Of a DNA stretch of 64,000 nucleotides, positions 59,408 to 64,000 are shown in pieces. Numbering within the stretch: the stretch's first letter is position 1; every line of letters begins with the position of its first letter. Both the position numbers and the translations under genes were made by a program. Location: NCBI GenBank assembly GCA_050290185.1, contig JBNKHE010000002.1:32001-96000 (forward strand), given 5' to 3'. The notes below the pieces were generated by a model, which did not search any database, was not told where the DNA came from, and was given only the letters and a program-made list of their open reading frames with translations. This DNA comes from Pontiella sp. GTDB taxonomy: Bacteria > Verrucomicrobiota > Kiritimatiellia > Kiritimatiellales > Pontiellaceae.

Positions 59408-59866
59408 ATGAAAAAGATTTTGTTCATCTGCACAGGCAACATTTGCCGTAGCCCCATGGCCGAAGCGCTTTTTCGCCATCGGATCGGGGAAAACTCCGGA
59501 TGGGAGGCGGCATCGGCCGGCACCTATGCCTCGTTTGGGAATCCCGCCAGCGATAATGCCGTGTTGGCGGTGCGGGAACTCGGCATCGATCTTTCCAAAC
59601 ACAAAAGCCAACCGCTTACCGCCGAACTGGTTGAGAATTCCGACATGATCGTGGTCATGACGCAGGAACACCGGTTTCACATTCTCCAGGACTTCCCGGA
59701 GGTTGGGAACAGAGTTTTCTTGATTAAGTCGTTCGGAACCTCAAAAGTGCCCGCCGATGTATCCGATCCCTTCGGTGGATCGCTCAATACATACAAACGG
59801 ATTCGGGATGAAATCGATCGGGCCCTTTCGGACCTGATCCTTTTTATTCGTACGGGTAAAAAATAG
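59408..59866 (+). CDS. low-molecular-weight protein tyrosine/arginine phosphatase (YwlE-like)
   Basis: [13 protein letters not shown]-loop; DVSDPFGG. Confidence 0.92.
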   Translation: MKKILFICTGNICRSPMAEALFRHRIGENSGWEAASAGTYASFGNPASDNAVLAVRELGIDLSKHKSQPLTAELVENSDMIVVMTQEHRFHILQDFPEVGNRVFLIKSFGTSKVPADVSDPFGGSLNTYKRIRDEIDRALSDLILFIRTGKK

Positions 59867-59882
59867 AAAGAAGGACCCACTA

Positions 59883-61562
<1,680 letters not shown>

Positions 61563-61590
61563 TCCGTTCTTCAACGCAAGTTCCAAAAGG

Positions 61591-61619
61591 AAAGCGCCCA
61601 TGTAAAACACGGGCGCTTT
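61591..61619. terminator. probable bidirectional terminator
   Basis: aaagcgccc-N11-gggcgcttt between convergent genes. Confidence 0.7.
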
Positions 61620-61646
61620 CGCATTTGTGGAGGAGAAAACCTATTC

Positions 61647-62132
61647 TTATCTGTTCCAGTCGGGCGATGGGTTGTTGACCCATTTGACCGTGTCGCGACC
61701 GCGCCGGTCCGGGAAAAGACGGAGATCGGAGGAAACTTCGGGATACGTCAGCGCATTGTTCGTGGCGCTGCCGGCCGATTGCTCATAGGCGGCAAACCGG
61801 TCGGTGGATGTGGTATAAATTCCGGTATCGCTTTGCGCGGCATGACGGGCATTGACCCCCAGATACTGCAACCCGACAAAAGCAACAAAGACCAATGCAA
61901 CGCCATATTTGGGCTCGGCAAAGAACCACGGGAAGCTGCCTTCCAGCAGATCGCCCATACTCTTACGCTTGCTGCGGCTTTCTTCACGTACCTGACGCAT
62001 GATATTCTGTTTGTTGCGCGTCATGCGCGAAGTCTCGGGAATTTCGTATCCCTTCAGGTGGAAAAGCTGCTTAAGCAGCTCTTCGCCGGACTGATTTCCG
62101 GTCATTTCCAGATTGTTATTTTCACCCATCAT
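61647..62132 (-). CDS. putative anti-sigma factor (single TM)
   Basis: ATGA overlap with the upstream ECF sigma; one TM (YGVALVFVAFVGL). Confidence 0.65.
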   Translation of the reverse strand: MMGENNNLEMTGNQSGEELLKQLFHLKGYEIPETSRMTRNKQNIMRQVREESRSKRKSMGDLLEGSFPWFFAEPKYGVALVFVAFVGLQYLGVNARHAAQSDTGIYTTSTDRFAAYEQSAGSATNNALTYPEVSSDLRLFPDRRGRDTVKWVNNPSPDWNR

Positions 62133-62767
62133 TTCATGAACTCCGAAAGTTCGGCCTGCATTTGTCTTCTTGCATAAAACAGTCTTGAACGAATTGTACC
62201 GACCGAAGCACCCACCATTTTAGCAATCTCTTCGTGTGGAACCCCCTGCATATCATGCAGCACCACAACAGTTCTGTGCTTCTCAGACAGGTTCTGCAGG
62301 GCCTCGTTCAATTTTATTTGCAGCTCCGATAAACTGAGGTTTCTCAGGGGTGATCCCTTCGATGTAAGATCGTGGTACACTTCGTCCAGTTTGATTTCAT
62401 TGTCGAACTGGTCCAGACTCATCGCCCGTTTGCGGTTCCGTTTTTTGCGGTAGTTGATGGTCTTGTTCACGGCAATGCGATAGAGCCATGTATAGAATGA
62501 GGAATTTCCCTTGAAGCGCGGCAAGGCCTGAAAGGCCTTCACAAAGATGTCCTGGGTCAAATCCTCGGCATCCTCCCGGTTGGAGGTCATGTTGTAGGTC
62601 AGCCCGTAGATTTTACCGTGGTAGCGCTCCACCAATTCATCAAACGCATGGATATCGCCCTGCTGGGCCTTGAGCACCAGTTCATCATCAGGCGGCCCCT
62701 GCTGCTGGCCGTCCAGGCCGTCTTCTTCCGGGGCATTCTCCGGCTCTGGATTTAATTTCGCTACCAT
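62129..62767 (-). CDS. RpoE-like ECF sigma factor
   Basis: GDIHAFDELVERY, AEDLTQDIF, SSFYTWLYRIAVN, GTIRSRLFYAR. Confidence 0.93.
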   Translation of the reverse strand: MVAKLNPEPENAPEEDGLDGQQQGPPDDELVLKAQQGDIHAFDELVERYHGKIYGLTYNMTSNREDAEDLTQDIFVKAFQALPRFKGNSSFYTWLYRIAVNKTINYRKKRNRKRAMSLDQFDNEIKLDEVYHDLTSKGSPLRNLSLSELQIKLNEALQNLSEKHRTVVVLHDMQGVPHEEIAKMVGASVGTIRSRLFYARRQMQAELSEFMK

Positions 62768-62822
62768 GATTGCGCGCCATGTTAGGCTTTGGCGCCCCCC
62801 TTACCAGTAAAAAGAGTAAAAA

Positions 62823-62847
62823 GACGCATAAAGGAACCGTAACGTTC
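62823..62847 (-). promoter_or_regulatory. candidate ECF-type autoregulatory promoter
   Basis: minus strand GAAC-N17-CGTC, about 55 nt upstream of the ECF start. Confidence 0.5.
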
Positions 62848-62849
62848 AA

Positions 62850-63605
62850 TTATTTCCTCGGCGGCGGTTTCCTGCCCAGCTCCGCCAGCACGATCTGCAG
62901 ATCCTGCCAGGCATCCTTCTTCTTTGACGGATCGCGCAAGAGGTAAGACGGGTGGAAGGTCGGCATCAGCTTGATGCCTTGGTATTCCTGCCAAACGCCC
63001 CGCATACGGGTAATGCCCACCGGCTTCCCGAGCAGGCCTTCCATGGCCGTTCCACCCAGTCCGACGATCACCTTCGGCCGGATCAACCGGATCTGCTGGC
63101 GAAGATATGGCAGGCACATATCCATCTCCTCGCGTTGCGGTTTGCGGTTGTTCGGCGGACGGCATTTGACCACATTGGCAATGTAGATCTCGTCACGTCG
63201 GTACCCCATGGCCTCGATCATCTTATCCAGCAACCTACCGGCCTTGCCGACAAACGGGCGGCCCTGGGCATCTTCCTCCGCCCCCGGCCCTTCCCCGACA
63301 AACATGATATCCGGGGTCTCCGCATTCCCTTCGCCGGGAACCGTGCGGGTGCGCTCCTGGCACAGCGGGCAGTTGCGGCATTGGGCAACATGGGCGCTGA
63401 TGGCTTCCAGGGAATCGAAATCCGACGGAATGGGCGCGGCCTCGACTTCCATGGCTTCCGGCTCAGACACCACCACCTCCGGCTCCCTGGTCAGCGCCTC
63501 CAATACGGCGCGTTCGACCTCCAGCCGCTGGACGCCTTCGTCACGCTGGTATTCAAGGTATTTTTCCAGATCCTCGATCAGGCCATGGAATGTGGTGTCC
63601 GCCAT
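62850..63605 (-). CDS. uracil-DNA glycosylase family 4 (Fe-S)
   Basis: CRNCPL, VGEGPG..ED..GRPFVG, NVVKCRPP.NR, TFHPSYLLR. Confidence 0.95.
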   Translation of the reverse strand: MADTTFHGLIEDLEKYLEYQRDEGVQRLEVERAVLEALTREPEVVVSEPEAMEVEAAPIPSDFDSLEAISAHVAQCRNCPLCQERTRTVPGEGNAETPDIMFVGEGPGAEEDAQGRPFVGKAGRLLDKMIEAMGYRRDEIYIANVVKCRPPNNRKPQREEMDMCLPYLRQQIRLIRPKVIVGLGGTAMEGLLGKPVGITRMRGVWQEYQGIKLMPTFHPSYLLRDPSKKKDAWQDLQIVLAELGRKPPPRK

Positions 63606-64000
63606 TACTTTCCTCTCAAATCGTCCAAAATTCGGCGCATATCATCAAACAACGGGGCCTCGAAAGAAAGCCTTTTCCCGGAAACGGGATGGGTAAACGC
63701 CAAGCGGGCAGCGTGCAGCATCTGCCGTTCGGGCTTTTGGGGAAGACGGTGCCTGCGAGCCCGGCCATACACCGCGTCACCTGCAATCGGATGACCGATA
63801 TGCGCCATGTGCACGCGGATCTGATGCGTCCGCCCCGTCTCGATTTTCACCCGCACCAGTGAAACTTCGGAAAAGTGTTCCACCATTTCATAATTGGAAA
63901 CCGCATTCCGTCCGCCTTCCTTCAGTACTGCCATTTTTTGACGATGGACCGGATGCCGCCCGATCAGCGTTTCAATGCGGCCACGGGCTGGCGGCTCGCC
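63605..64000 (-). CDS. RluA/RluD family pseudouridine synthase, C-terminal part (runs off window end)
   Basis: IGRHPVHRQKMAV, ETGRTHQIRVHM, GD.VYG, RQMLHA..L.F.HP. Confidence 0.93.
   Translation of the reverse strand, partial: GEPPARGRIETLIGRHPVHRQKMAVLKEGGRNAVSNYEMVEHFSEVSLVRVKIETGRTHQIRVHMAHIGHPIAGDAVYGRARRHRLPQKPERQMLHAARLAFTHPVSGKRLSFEAPLFDDMRRILDDLRGK

Overview
Bacterial chromosomal window, moderately GC-rich. Gene content and repeat style suggest a PVC-superphylum organism, possibly Kiritimatiellota/Pontiella-like (inference only). Housekeeping genes (gltB partial, rsgA, apt, deoB, alaS, dnaG, kdsD, priA, tsaC, rpiB-glyA fusion, family-4 UDG, RluA-family partial) are interleaved with accessory modules. 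Main observations: (1) a creB-creC-creD-alpha2-macroglobulin-pbpC cluster. Four 11-bp-phased cre/blr-tag pentamers (TTCAC/TTCAA) sit directly upstream of creD, which overlaps the A2M gene, which in turn overlaps pbpC. This suggests a CreBC-controlled envelope defence and repair operon. (2) Three separate cargo segments (ECF module, Sel1 gene plus an ISL3 scar, TPR gene), each bracketed by an intact gene on the left and a diverged, decaying copy of it on the right. (3) A RAYT transposase flanked by duplicated GTAG-REP doublets, plus dispersed REP-like elements. (4) A two-CxxCH cytochrome/putative beta-barrel protein convergent with a secreted cupredoxin-like protein. I saw no rRNA, tRNA or CRISPR array. 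All calls come from reading the sequence and recognising motifs; no searches were run.
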